DNA of 64,000 nucleotides from Patescibacteria group bacterium. Lineage in GTDB: Bacteria; Patescibacteriota; Minisyncoccia; Phycocordibacterales; CAIZLB01. Made by a program: the position numbers and the translations under genes. The stretch is from assembly GCA_040384445.1 (NCBI GenBank), contig JAZKJG010000001.1, positions 7,650 through 71,649 of the forward strand, in the 5' to 3' direction. Positions 1 through 10,500 of the stretch are shown piece by piece. The stretch's first letter is position 1. Each line of letters opens with the position of its first letter. The notes below the pieces were generated by a model, which was given only the letters and a program-made list of their open reading frames with translations, was not told where the DNA came from and searched no databases.

Positions 1-2433
1 CTTGATGATTTCGTGACTCTGATAATGCAAATTGCAGATCTATCACATAAGCCTGATGCAGAAATTGATGACGTAGATCACCTAGGTGCTCGACGTGTTA
101 AATTCGTGGGAGAACAACTACAACAGAAAGTTCGACTTGGACTCCTGCAGATCAAGAAAAACATTCAGAACCGAATGTCGACTATTGAAACTGAAGTAAG
201 TCAGCCTATGCAAATGATTGCACCTCGACCACTACAGGCTCGAGTGAAAGAATATTTTAGTACGAACCAGCTTTCACAGTTCATGTCACAGGAAAACATC
301 CTTGCTGAGCTAGAGCATCTTCGAATTGTTACAACTCTTGGACAAGGAGGACTTACTCGAGAACGAGCTGGAGTTGAAGTTCGAGACGTTCACTCATCTC
401 ACTATGGACGAGTATGTCCGATCCATACACCTGAAGGACAAAACATTGGACTTGTGCTTCACCTTGCTGCCTATGCAAAAGTAAACCACTTCGGTATGAT
501 CGAAACTCCTTACGTAACAGTAAAGAACGGAAAGATCACAAAAGAAGTGAAGTATTACGATGCTCTACAGGAAGAAGGGTTTAAAATCGCCCATGCTGCG
601 ATTAACTATGATAAAGATGGAAATATTACAGATGAAATGGTTGAAGTTCGACTAAAAGGAGACCCTATTGTTGTACACAAATCAGAGATCGACCTTATTG
701 ACGTTGCTCCAGAACAACCGTTCTCTATTTCAACTTCTATGATTCCGTTCGTAAACCACGACGATGCCAACCGATCACTCATGGGATCAAACATGCAGAA
801 GCAGGCTACGCCTTGTATCGTTCCAGAAGCAGCATATGTTGCAACAGGTATCGAAGATACGGCGGCTCGAGATACAGGACGAGTTATTCTTGCACCAGAA
901 GATGGAGAAATTACACAAGTTGATGCTTCAGGAATCACAATTACTGGAAAGCGAGAAACAAAAATCCAGCTTGCAGTATTTAACAAAACAAACCAGTTTA
1001 CAGCTTTCCACCAGCGACCAACAGTTTCTCTTGGACAGAAGGTAAAACGAGGTGATGTTCTTGCTGATACATCTACATCTGTAGAAGGACAAGCAGCACT
1101 TGGACAAAATATTTTGATTGCATTCCTTGCATGGAGTGGAGCAAACTACGAAGATGCGATTATTATTTCAGAAAATCTTGTAAAAGAATCTAAATTTACA
1201 ACAATTCACATCGAAGAGTTTGTAATCAACGTTCGAGATACAAAACTAGGGCCCGAAGTCACAACTCACGATATTCCAAATGTATCAGAAGGTAAATTAA
1301 AAGACCTTGATGCAGAAGGTATTGTACGAATCGGGGCTGAAGTTCGACCTGGAGATATTCTGGTTGGAAAAATTACACCAAAAACAGAAACTCAACTTAC
1401 ACCTGAAGAGCGACTTCTACGTTCAATCTTCGGAGATCGAGCTCGAGATGTAAAAGATACATCAAAGCGTCTTGAAAATGGAAAGCGAGGACGAGTTATT
1501 GGAGTAAAAACATTTTCACGAGAACGAGGAGATAAACTTGAATCAGGAATCATTAAACGAATCTACATCGAAGTTGCACTTCTACGAAATGTGTCAGTTG
1601 GAGATAAGTTAGCTGGACGACACGGAAACAAAGGAGTTATCTCAAGAGTTCTTCCGGTTGAAGATATGCCGTACATGGCTGACGGAACACCTGTTGATAT
1701 GATTCTAACTCCTCTTGGAGTTCCATCACGTATGAACCTTGGACAGATTCTTGAACTACACCTTGGGCTTGCAGCTGCAAAACTTGGGTATCAAGCAATC
1801 GTTCCTGCCTTCATGGGACCTACAACAGAAGAGGTTCAAGATGAGCTAGAAAAAGCTGGATACAATCGATCAGGAAAAATGAAATTGTTTGACGGACGAA
1901 CAGGTGATGCATTTGCACAAGATGTTTCAGTTGGATATATGTACATGCTTAAACTTCACCATATGGTTGAAGATAAAATCCACGCGCGATCAACAGGACC
2001 ATACTCACTTATCACTCAGCAACCACTTGGAGGTAAAGCTCAAGGAGGAGGACAGAGATTTGGAGAAATGGAAGTGTGGGCACTTGCTGGTTATGGAGCA
2101 TCATATACGCTTCGAGAAATGCTCACTATTAAATCAGATGATATTGTTGGACGATCTGCAGCCTACGATGCGATTGTAAAAGGAGAGAGATTGAGTGATC
2201 CAAATACACCTGCTTCATTTAACGTACTTCTATCAAACCTACGAGGTCTATGTATAGATGTTGGATTTGACAATGCAGACGGAGTTGAGTTAGATATCGG
2301 ACTCGATGTTGGTCACGATGGAACAGAACAAAATACTCGAGTCGCAGCAGTTGTTCATGAAGATGCGCTTGATGAAGAAGATGAGGATGCAATTACAGAA
2401 GATCTAGGAGATGCTGTTGAAGCAGAACTCTAA
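1..2433 (+). CDS. rpoB: DNA-directed RNA polymerase subunit beta, C-terminal ~810 aa. The 5' end lies upstream of the window (frame open from nt 1).
   Basis: Translation carries conserved RpoB C-terminal blocks (GRHGNKGVISRV, HMVEDKIHARSTGPYSLITQQPLGGKAQ, GGQRFGEMEVWAL). An acidic C-terminal tail follows. rpoC is immediately downstream. Confidence 0.95.
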   Translation, partial: LDDFVTLIMQIADLSHKPDAEIDDVDHLGARRVKFVGEQLQQKVRLGLLQIKKNIQNRMSTIETEVSQPMQMIAPRPLQARVKEYFSTNQLSQFMSQENILAELEHLRIVTTLGQGGLTRERAGVEVRDVHSSHYGRVCPIHTPEGQNIGLVLHLAAYAKVNHFGMIETPYVTVKNGKITKEVKYYDALQEEGFKIAHAAINYDKDGNITDEMVEVRLKGDPIVVHKSEIDLIDVAPEQPFSISTSMIPFVNHDDANRSLMGSNMQKQATPCIVPEAAYVATGIEDTAARDTGRVILAPEDGEITQVDASGITITGKRETKIQLAVFNKTNQFTAFHQRPTVSLGQKVKRGDVLADTSTSVEGQAALGQNILIAFLAWSGANYEDAIIISENLVKESKFTTIHIEEFVINVRDTKLGPEVTTHDIPNVSEGKLKDLDAEGIVRIGAEVRPGDILVGKITPKTETQLTPEERLLRSIFGDRARDVKDTSKRLENGKRGRVIGVKTFSRERGDKLESGIIKRIYIEVALLRNVSVGDKLAGRHGNKGVISRVLPVEDMPYMADGTPVDMILTPLGVPSRMNLGQILELHLGLAAAKLGYQAIVPAFMGPTTEEVQDELEKAGYNRSGKMKLFDGRTGDAFAQDVSVGYMYMLKLHHMVEDKIHARSTGPYSLITQQPLGGKAQGGGQRFGEMEVWALAGYGASYTLREMLTIKSDDIVGRSAAYDAIVKGERLSDPNTPASFNVLLSNLRGLCIDVGFDNADGVELDIGLDVGHDGTEQNTRVAAVVHEDALDEEDEDAITEDLGDAVEAEL

Positions 2434-2469
2434 TCTAACTATTAATCTCTATTAACGTACAACGAATAT

Positions 2470-5400
2470 ATGTTTCAAAATAAAACAATAAAACCAAAAT
2501 CTTCAATCGACGATCTCGATTCAGTATTTATTCGACTCGCATCACCAGAGAAAATTCGAAGTTGGTCACGAGGAGAAGTAAAGCGACCAGAAACAATGAA
2601 CTATAGAACAGGCCGATCAGAGCGTGATGGTCTTTTCTGTGAAAAAATCTTTGGTGCTGAAAAAGATTATGAATGTTACTGTGGAAAATACAAAGGAATC
2701 CGATACAAAGGAATTGTGTGTGAAAAATGTGGAGTAGAAATCACACGATCAATTGTACGACGAGAGCGAATGGGTCACATTGAACTTTGTGTTCCTGTGT
2801 CACATATCTGGTATTTGAAAAACATGCCTTCAAGAATTGCAACAATTCTAGGGATGAATTCAGGTGATGTTGAAAAAGTTGTGTACTTTGCAGGTTACCT
2901 TGTTACAAAAGTTGATGAAAAAGAAAAAGGGAAACTACACAAAGAACTAGATGATGAGTTTAAAACAAAAATGAAGCAGCTTGTTGATGAAAAAACAAAA
3001 GAAGCTCTTCAAAATCTGATGACTGCTACAAAGCAAGAACTTGATCTTATTCAAATTGGAAAAGTGCTTGATGAAAATCAATATCACAAATTCTCATATA
3101 AGTTCGGTGCTGCTTTTGAAGCTATGATCGGAGGAGAAGCTATTTACAATATTCTTAAAGGACTTGATCTTGATCATTTATATACAAAACTAAATGCTGA
3201 TCTTGAAAAAGCTGGTGCGGCTGACAAAGAAAAAATTATTCGACGACTTGGATTTGTAAACGGAATGCGAAAAGCTGACGTTCGACCAGAATGGGCGTTT
3301 ATTAAAGCGCTTCCAGTTATTCCTGCTGCACTTCGACCTATGGTTGCACTTGATGGAGGGCGACAAGCAACATCAGATGTAAACGACTTGTACCGACGAG
3401 TTATTAACCGAAACAATCGACTTAAAAAACTACACGAGATCAAGGCTCCAGACGTAATTCTACGAAACGAGAAACGAATTCTACAGGAAGCTGTTGACGC
3501 TCTTCTGGATAACTCAATGAAGGGAAATGGTGCTGCATTTTCAGGAATCAACCCTGCACAAAAGCGACCTCTAAAATCTATCGCAGATAACCTAAAAGGA
3601 AAGCGAGGTTTGTTCCGACAAAACCTACTTGGAAAACGAGTAGACTACTCAGGACGATCTGTTATTGTTGTAGGTCCAAATCTTAAACTTAACCAATGTG
3701 GACTTCCAAAACACATGGCGCTTGAGTTGTTTAAACCATTCGTAATTGGAGAAATTCTAAAACGAGAATTGGCATTTAACATTCGAGGAGCAAGTAGAAT
3801 GATTGAAGATCAATCAGAAGAAGTGTGGGGAATTCTAGAAAAAGTAATTGTTGGAAAATATGTGCTTCTAAACCGAGCCCCAACTCTTCACCGACTTTCT
3901 GTACAGGCATTCCAGCCAATTCTTATTGAAGGAAATGCGATCCAAGTTCACCCACTTGTATGTTCACCGTTTAACGCCGACTTCGACGGAGATGCGATGG
4001 CCGTTCATGTTCCACTTTCAGAAGAAGCGCAGTATGAAGCTCGAACAATTATGGCATCAGACCGAAACGTTCTTAAGCCAGGAACTGGAGATGCAACTGT
4101 AACTAACAAAATGCTCGACATTGTTCTTGGTTCTTTCTGGGCAACAAAAATTGTTTCAAAAGAGATTGGTGCAGATAAATATTTTGAGTCACCAATGGCA
4201 GCGATCACAGCTCTTGATCATGCTGTAATTGGATATCGAGCGCCAATTAAAGTTCTTGCTCCAACAGGAACTACAAAGTACGCAGAATTTGATGGTAAAT
4301 TATTTGACACAACAGTTGGACGAATTCTATTTAACCAACTTCTACCAGAAACATATCCGTATATTAACCGAGAGGTTAACAAAAATGTGATGAACTCTCT
4401 GATTGATGAACTTATTTTGATCGAAGGAAAAGATAATGTTGCACCACTTATTGATGCAATCAAACAATTTGGATTTGATTTCGCTACAAAGTCAGGAATC
4501 ACATGGAGTATGTCAGATATTGTTATTCCAGAAACAAAATATCCAGTTCTTGATGCGGCTCAGGCAACATCAGATAAGATTATGGAAGCATATCAGCAAG
4601 GATTGCTTTCAGAAGAAGAGAAACATATGAAAATTGTTCGACTATGGCAAGGTGCACAGGCTGATATTGAAAAATTAATTCCTGCAACACTTGATCCAGA
4701 GGGTTCAGTAAACGACATGGTGCTTTCAGGAGCTCGAGGATCACTTGGTAACATTAACCAGATGGTTGGAATGAAAGGACTTATTGCGACAGCTCAAGGA
4801 TCTACAATTGAGCTTCCAATTCGATCTTCATTTAAGGAAGGACTTACACCGATTGAATACTTTATCTCAACTCACGGAGCTCGAAAAGGTATGACTGACA
4901 CGGCTCTTAACACCGCTAAAGCAGGGTACCTAACACGAAAGCTATTCGTACTTGCACAAAGTGTGATGGTAACAGAAATTGATTGTAAAACGAAAGATTC
5001 TATCATCATGACAAAGGCGACTGCGTCAGGAATTCAGACAAACTTCTCAAAAAATCTATTTAGTCGAACTATCGCAAAAGATATCGAGACAAAAGATGGT
5101 GTTGTTCTATTCAAAAAAGGACATATTATTACAAAAGCTGATGCAATTGTAATTGAAAAAGCAGGGATTGAAGAGGTGTCTGTACGATCACCACTTGGAT
5201 GTAAAACACATAGAGGAGTTTGTTCACATTGTTACGGAGCCGACCTCTCAACTGGATCACTTATCGATCTTGGAGAGTCAGTAGGAACAATTGCTGCACA
5301 AGCGATTGGAGAGCCTGGAACACAGTTGACGATGAGAACATTCCACGCCGGAGGAGTTGCGACAGCTGCTGGAGACATCACTGCCGGACTTCCACGAGTT

Positions 5401-6159
5401 GAAGAATTGTTTGAAAACCGAACACCTAAAAATGCAGCAGCTATTGCATCAACAGATGGAATGGTTACAGCTGTTATTGAAAAAGGACATGAAAAAATTA
5501 TCAAAGTACTTTCTGACATTCCATCAAAGAATGCTAAGAAAGGAAGTGAAGTAGAATATTCATTCCACCCTGCCAGAATTGTGTATGTAAAAGTTGGACA
5601 GCATGTATCAAAAGGGCAAATCATGACTGATGGATCAGCGGATGTTGATGCATTGTTTGAGTATGCTGGAAAAGATGTTGCGCAAGCATATATCATTACT
5701 GAAGTTAAGAAAATTTACGAGCTTCAGGGAGATAACCTTTCTCGAAAACATATCGAAATTATCGTTCGAGAAATGTTTAACCGAGTGAAGGTTACAAATA
5801 AAGGAGACAGTATTTTCTCAGAAGGGGATATTGTTGAATCATTTGAATTCTTGATGGCAAATGAACAGCTTGAGATTAACGGAACGCTTCATGCGAAAGG
5901 TAAACATGTAATCATGGGAACTATGGAAGCGTCATTGAACCGACAATCATTCCTTGCAGCTGCATCATTCCAAAATGTAAACAGAATCCTCGTGAACGCC
6001 TCTCTAAAGGGTAACCATGACCCGCTGTATGGTATTATGGAAAATACTTTGATCGGACGTCTTATTCCAGTTGGAACAGGATTCAAGGGAAGTCAGAAGA
6101 GTGAGGCGATCGAAGTGTTACAGGCAGAAATTGCTGCAAACTACGAAGAGCGAGAATAG
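2470..6159 (+). CDS. rpoC: DNA-directed RNA polymerase subunit beta' (1229 aa)
   Basis: N-terminal zinc-binding CysX motifs (CEKIFGAEKDYECYCGKYKG...CEKCGVEI), NADFDGD catalytic motif and conserved SGARG, GEPGTQLTMRTFH blocks. Canonical rpoB-rpoC order. Confidence 0.96.
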   Translation: MFQNKTIKPKSSIDDLDSVFIRLASPEKIRSWSRGEVKRPETMNYRTGRSERDGLFCEKIFGAEKDYECYCGKYKGIRYKGIVCEKCGVEITRSIVRRERMGHIELCVPVSHIWYLKNMPSRIATILGMNSGDVEKVVYFAGYLVTKVDEKEKGKLHKELDDEFKTKMKQLVDEKTKEALQNLMTATKQELDLIQIGKVLDENQYHKFSYKFGAAFEAMIGGEAIYNILKGLDLDHLYTKLNADLEKAGAADKEKIIRRLGFVNGMRKADVRPEWAFIKALPVIPAALRPMVALDGGRQATSDVNDLYRRVINRNNRLKKLHEIKAPDVILRNEKRILQEAVDALLDNSMKGNGAAFSGINPAQKRPLKSIADNLKGKRGLFRQNLLGKRVDYSGRSVIVVGPNLKLNQCGLPKHMALELFKPFVIGEILKRELAFNIRGASRMIEDQSEEVWGILEKVIVGKYVLLNRAPTLHRLSVQAFQPILIEGNAIQVHPLVCSPFNADFDGDAMAVHVPLSEEAQYEARTIMASDRNVLKPGTGDATVTNKMLDIVLGSFWATKIVSKEIGADKYFESPMAAITALDHAVIGYRAPIKVLAPTGTTKYAEFDGKLFDTTVGRILFNQLLPETYPYINREVNKNVMNSLIDELILIEGKDNVAPLIDAIKQFGFDFATKSGITWSMSDIVIPETKYPVLDAAQATSDKIMEAYQQGLLSEEEKHMKIVRLWQGAQADIEKLIPATLDPEGSVNDMVLSGARGSLGNINQMVGMKGLIATAQGSTIELPIRSSFKEGLTPIEYFISTHGARKGMTDTALNTAKAGYLTRKLFVLAQSVMVTEIDCKTKDSIIMTKATASGIQTNFSKNLFSRTIAKDIETKDGVVLFKKGHIITKADAIVIEKAGIEEVSVRSPLGCKTHRGVCSHCYGADLSTGSLIDLGESVGTIAAQAIGEPGTQLTMRTFHAGGVATAAGDITAGLPRVEELFENRTPKNAAAIASTDGMVTAVIEKGHEKIIKVLSDIPSKNAKKGSEVEYSFHPARIVYVKVGQHVSKGQIMTDGSADVDALFEYAGKDVAQAYIITEVKKIYELQGDNLSRKHIEIIVREMFNRVKVTNKGDSIFSEGDIVESFEFLMANEQLEINGTLHAKGKHVIMGTMEASLNRQSFLAAASFQNVNRILVNASLKGNHDPLYGIMENTLIGRLIPVGTGFKGSQKSEAIEVLQAEIAANYEERE

Positions 6160-6186
6160 TACGAACTTTAACGTCTACGCGAAATA

Positions 6187-6260
6187 ACTTTCGCTGCGGC
6201 AGGATGTGACTCATGTATGTGGGTTATATGCTGCTGTAGCGAAAGTTTTTAGCTTTTTAG
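6187..6260 (+). terminator. Candidate intrinsic terminator after rpoC
   Basis: Inverted repeat aactttcgctgcggcag (6187-6203) / ctgctgtagcgaaagtt (6231-6247) around a ~27-nt loop, followed by tttttagcttttt. Confidence 0.45.
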
Positions 6261-6275
6261 CACAGATACAGCATC

Positions 6276-6911
6276 TTGAACTTTAAGACCATAGAACACA
6301 ACGGTATGCCCAGTAGAGCACAGAGAATGATTGCATTTACCCAGCTTTTACACTTTTTTGAAAACGAAGTGATGGAGGAGAGGCTTTCAATGTCGGGAGC
6401 GACGACTGCTATTCAGAATTGGATGAAAGACAATGCGAAACCCTGGTGGGAACTTGAAAAACTCTACCCCGATTGGGTGATAAGTCTTCAAAATTCTGAA
6501 CTAGTTAAGAATGCAAAACTATATATTCCGAGCAAAGAAACCCTTTGGAGGAAGGATCCTTGGCACGAGGATGATGTTGTCCCATTTCTTGAGGCGAGTG
6601 GTAATGCGGAAATGCTGGGAAAGTTAGTACATTTACATCTTGAAGAAAGGAAATTATTGCGCTTAACCCCGAGTCTGGAGGATCTAGAATATTATGAAAA
6701 AGATGAACCAAAACATCGGTGGAAAGTTTGGGATAGAGTGGGTCTGTGGGTATTTGCATGGAAAGCTGCCTGCAAAAATAAACACGGACATGTCTATGTT
6801 AAAGGTATCAGATTTGATCCTAAGACTGGCAAATCTGAATGCAAATGGGTTGCACTAAAGAATATTTATAAACACCCATTCAAAGTCCTTCTTCGCAAAG
6901 AAAACACGTAA
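6276..6911 (+). CDS. Hypothetical protein (211 aa if the TTG start is used; the first in-frame ATG is at 6306)
   Basis: Uninterrupted ORF. A hairpin+T-tract terminator follows at 6931-6974. No recognisable family. Confidence 0.45.
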   Translation: MNFKTIEHNGMPSRAQRMIAFTQLLHFFENEVMEERLSMSGATTAIQNWMKDNAKPWWELEKLYPDWVISLQNSELVKNAKLYIPSKETLWRKDPWHEDDVVPFLEASGNAEMLGKLVHLHLEERKLLRLTPSLEDLEYYEKDEPKHRWKVWDRVGLWVFAWKAACKNKHGHVYVKGIRFDPKTGKSECKWVALKNIYKHPFKVLLRKENT

Positions 6912-6930
6912 AAAAATCGCAAAAAAACGG

Positions 6931-6974
6931 CCCATTTCATGAAAATTGAGATGGGTTTTTTCATTTATTTTTTT
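6931..6974 (+). terminator. Intrinsic terminator (hairpin cccatttca/tgagatggg + T-run)
   Basis: 9-bp stem with one mismatch, 7-nt loop, followed by ttttttcatttattttttt. Confidence 0.55.
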
Positions 6975-7077
6975 ACAAAATGCAAGTTTTTTAAAATGTG
7001 TATAACTTTTAAAAAAACCTTATCCACATTATGTATTTTTGTTTGTTTAAATATAAAAAAAGACATATAATATATAC

Positions 7078-7530
7078 ATGAACGAAACATTTGAAAACAA
7101 ACCAAAAGCTAAGAAAACTTTTACAAAATTAATACTATTACTCATCTCATACGTTATCATCGGCTTCATTGTTTGGAAGCTCGCAACCAAGCAAGTTGGA
7201 GACCCAGTAAAGCTTCAGGAGCAGGCACAAAAAGAGCTCACAACAATTGTTGAAAATGTCGGAAAGATTATGATCATCCCAAGTGACGAAACTCCACAGG
7301 TAGCAATCATCCAGGACGTAGACTCACTGAAGAAAGCACAAGACTTCTTCAAAGATGCGCAGAACGGAGACAAGATTCTAGTTTACACAAAAGCACGTAA
7401 AGCAATCATTTATCGAGATACAACAAATCAAATCGTAAACGTAGCACTGAACATTGGTCCAGTGACTGACGAAACAAACTCAGCTCCAATTCAGCAACAG
7501 CCAACATCAACAACAACATCAGAAAGATAG
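7078..7530 (+). CDS. Hypothetical membrane-anchored protein (N-terminal TM helix, 150 aa)
   Basis: ORF with N-terminal hydrophobic helix LILLLISYVIIGFIVW and a Thr-rich C-terminus. Preceded by AT-rich region with tataat-like box at ~7062. Directly upstream of the giant gene. Confidence 0.5.
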   Translation: MNETFENKPKAKKTFTKLILLLISYVIIGFIVWKLATKQVGDPVKLQEQAQKELTTIVENVGKIMIIPSDETPQVAIIQDVDSLKKAQDFFKDAQNGDKILVYTKARKAIIYRDTTNQIVNVALNIGPVTDETNSAPIQQQPTSTTTSER

Positions 7531-7574
7531 TCAGATAGATTAGGTCGAAGTACATTTGTAAAAGTTATCAATAA

Positions 7575-10500
7575 ATGAAGTTTCCATTTCTCACAAAGAA
7601 ATTAAGTCCAATTGCATTCCTACTTATCATCGGAATGTTTTTTGGCGTATATGGAAACCTGTTTGCCGCTCCTGCAACAGGGTCACTTGGCTTCCAAGGA
7701 CAGTTGTTCAACAACGGAACTGCAGTGACTGGATCTGTAAATGCAACCTTTACATTTTACGATGCGGCAATCGGTGGAAGTGCTCAAGGGTCTACAATCT
7801 TAAAAACGGTAACTGTTGCAAACGGATATTTCGGAACTCAGTTCACAGAATCTGATACAACAGGAATTGATTTTAATCAAGAGCTGTTTATTGAAGTTGT
7901 GGTAAATGGAACAGCGCTTACTCCACGATCTTCAGTGAACTCTGTACCAGTTGCACGTAAGGCATTTGGAACATTTGCATATTCAAGTGCTCCTGCTGTT
8001 GGCGAAGCTGGATCACTGTACTTCAACACAACTTCTGACACTCTTCTTGTTTCTGATGGGACTTCATGGGTGCCAGCTGGAACTGCATCAAGTACTACCC
8101 AGTGGACTACAAACGGAAGTGATTTATATTTCACAACTGGAAATGTAGGAATCGGAACGTCAACACCTGCTGATAAGCTTTCTGTGGTTGGAACTGTTCG
8201 AGCAACATCATTTGTTGGAGACGGATCACAGTTGACTGGAATTCCTGTACTTTCAACATCAAGTGTTCGAAGTATGTTTTCATCAACTGCAACGGGGTTA
8301 ACATACACAGCTGGAACTGGAGTATTCTCACTTGCTGCAGGTTATGTGATTCCACTCACTGCCTCAACAACAGAATGGGCAGCTGCAGCCGCTTCTACAA
8401 CCGCGATGACTCCTGCATATTTCCGAGGACTTGTTTCAAACTCAGTTGCTGGATTAACATACAACCCTACAACTGGAGCAACAACTTTGACAGCTGGATA
8501 CAACATCCCACTTACTGCTTCAACAACTGAGTGGGCATCAGCTGCAGCTTCAACTTCTCCATCTGCAATCAGAGGTTTGTTTTCAAATGGAGCCACTGGA
8601 CTAACATACAACTCATCAACTGGAGCAACATCACTTGCTGCAGGTTATGTAATTCCTCTTTCCGCTTCAACTACAGAATGGGCAGCAGCTTCAGCGTCAA
8701 CTACAGCGATGACACCAAGTTACTTCCGAGGGTTACTTTCAGCAACAGGTCCAATCTCATACAACTCAAGTACTGGTGCATTTACATTCTCAACATCATC
8801 ACTTGGACTCACAACAACAAATATTGCTGAAGGTTCAAATCAATACTTCACTGACGCTCGAGCTCGATCTGCACTTTCAGAATCTGTAACTGGTCTTGAG
8901 TATGCAACAAGTACCGGAATTTTTTCTCTGACTTCTGGATATGTAATTCCAACAACTGCATCAACTTCAGAGTGGGCATCTGCTGCGGCATCAACTACAG
9001 CGATGACACCAAGTTACTTCCGAGGTCTTCTTTCAAACTCAGCAGCGGGTCTTGCATACAACTCATCAACTGGTGCAACAACTCTGACAGCTGGATACAA
9101 TATTCCGCTTACGGCTTCAACGACAGAGTGGTCACAAGCATACGCATCAACTGCTCCATCAGTAATTCGTGGACTATTCTCAAATTCAACAACAGGATTA
9201 ACATATAACTCTTCTACTGGAGCTACTTCACTCACTGCTGGATATGTAATCTCATTAACGGCTTCAACTACAGAATGGGCTACTGCATATGCTTCAACAA
9301 CAGCTCAAACTCCTGCATATTTCCGAGGTCTTCTTTCAAACTCAGTTGCAGGACTAACATACAACTCATCAACTGGTGCAACAACACTCACTGCTGGATA
9401 CAATATTCCGCTTAGTGCATCATCATCTGAATGGGCACTTGCATACGCGTCAACTTCTGCAATGACTCCCGTATATACTCGTGGTCTGTTCTCAAACTCA
9501 ACTACTGGACTTACATACAACTCTGGAACTGGTGCGACATCTTTGACAGCGGGATATGTAATCCCACTTGTCGCATCGACAACAGAATGGGCAGCATCAT
9601 CAGCTTCAACTTCTCCATCTGCAATCAGAGGTTTGTTTTCAAATGGAGCGACTGGGTTAACATACAACTCATCAACCGGAGCAACATCATTCACAGCCGG
9701 ATACTCAATCCCTCTCACGGCTTCATCAACTGAATGGTCATCATTCTTTAACACTCCATCAACTCGTATCACTGCTGGATCAAATTTATCATGGGCAGGA
9801 AATACTCTTAACGCTGCACTTTCATTCTCAACATCTTCAATTAACTATTTACGAAATGTAAGTGGTGGTCTTGAAACTGCAACGTCAACTGATTTCCTAC
9901 GAGCTGCATATTTTACAGCAACAGGAACAACTGCATCTACATTTACAAATGCATCTTCAACAAACTTAACTATCACAGGAAGTTTGTATAATTCATCTTT
10001 GTCAAATGGATGCCTTGAAGTGTCTGGAGGTTTGGTTACTTCAACAGGATCAAACTGTGGAGTTGGAAGTGGAGGAATTACATCTTTGAACGGACAAACA
10101 AACTCATCACAATCATTTGCAACTTCTTCAACTGCTGGAACATTTGGATTCGGCTTTTCTTCAGCAGGTGGAATTCATACACTAAATATTTCTCTTGCAT
10201 CAAGTACAAATACTGGGCTATTAAGTGCTTCAGATTGGACAACTTTTAATAACAAGCAAGGCGTGCTTTCATTTGGAAACTTAACATCAAGTGCAACTGG
10301 ATTGAGTGTGACTGGTGGAACTGGTGCTGTAGTTGGAGCTGGTGCAGCAGTAACATTAGCAGCTGGTTATAGTATTCCTCTTTCAGCCTCAACTACAGAA
10401 TGGTCAGTAGCATACGCGTCAACAACAGCTCTGACTCCTGCATATTTCCGAGCATTGTTGTCTAACTCTGCAACTGGATTAACATATAACTCTGGAACAG

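Noticed and set aside
606-5696. Internal and antisense ORFs within rpoB/rpoC (for example 606-986, 3174-3551, 5232-5696)
   Set aside because: They are fully contained in highly conserved RNAP coding sequence on the opposite strand or another frame. They are spurious.
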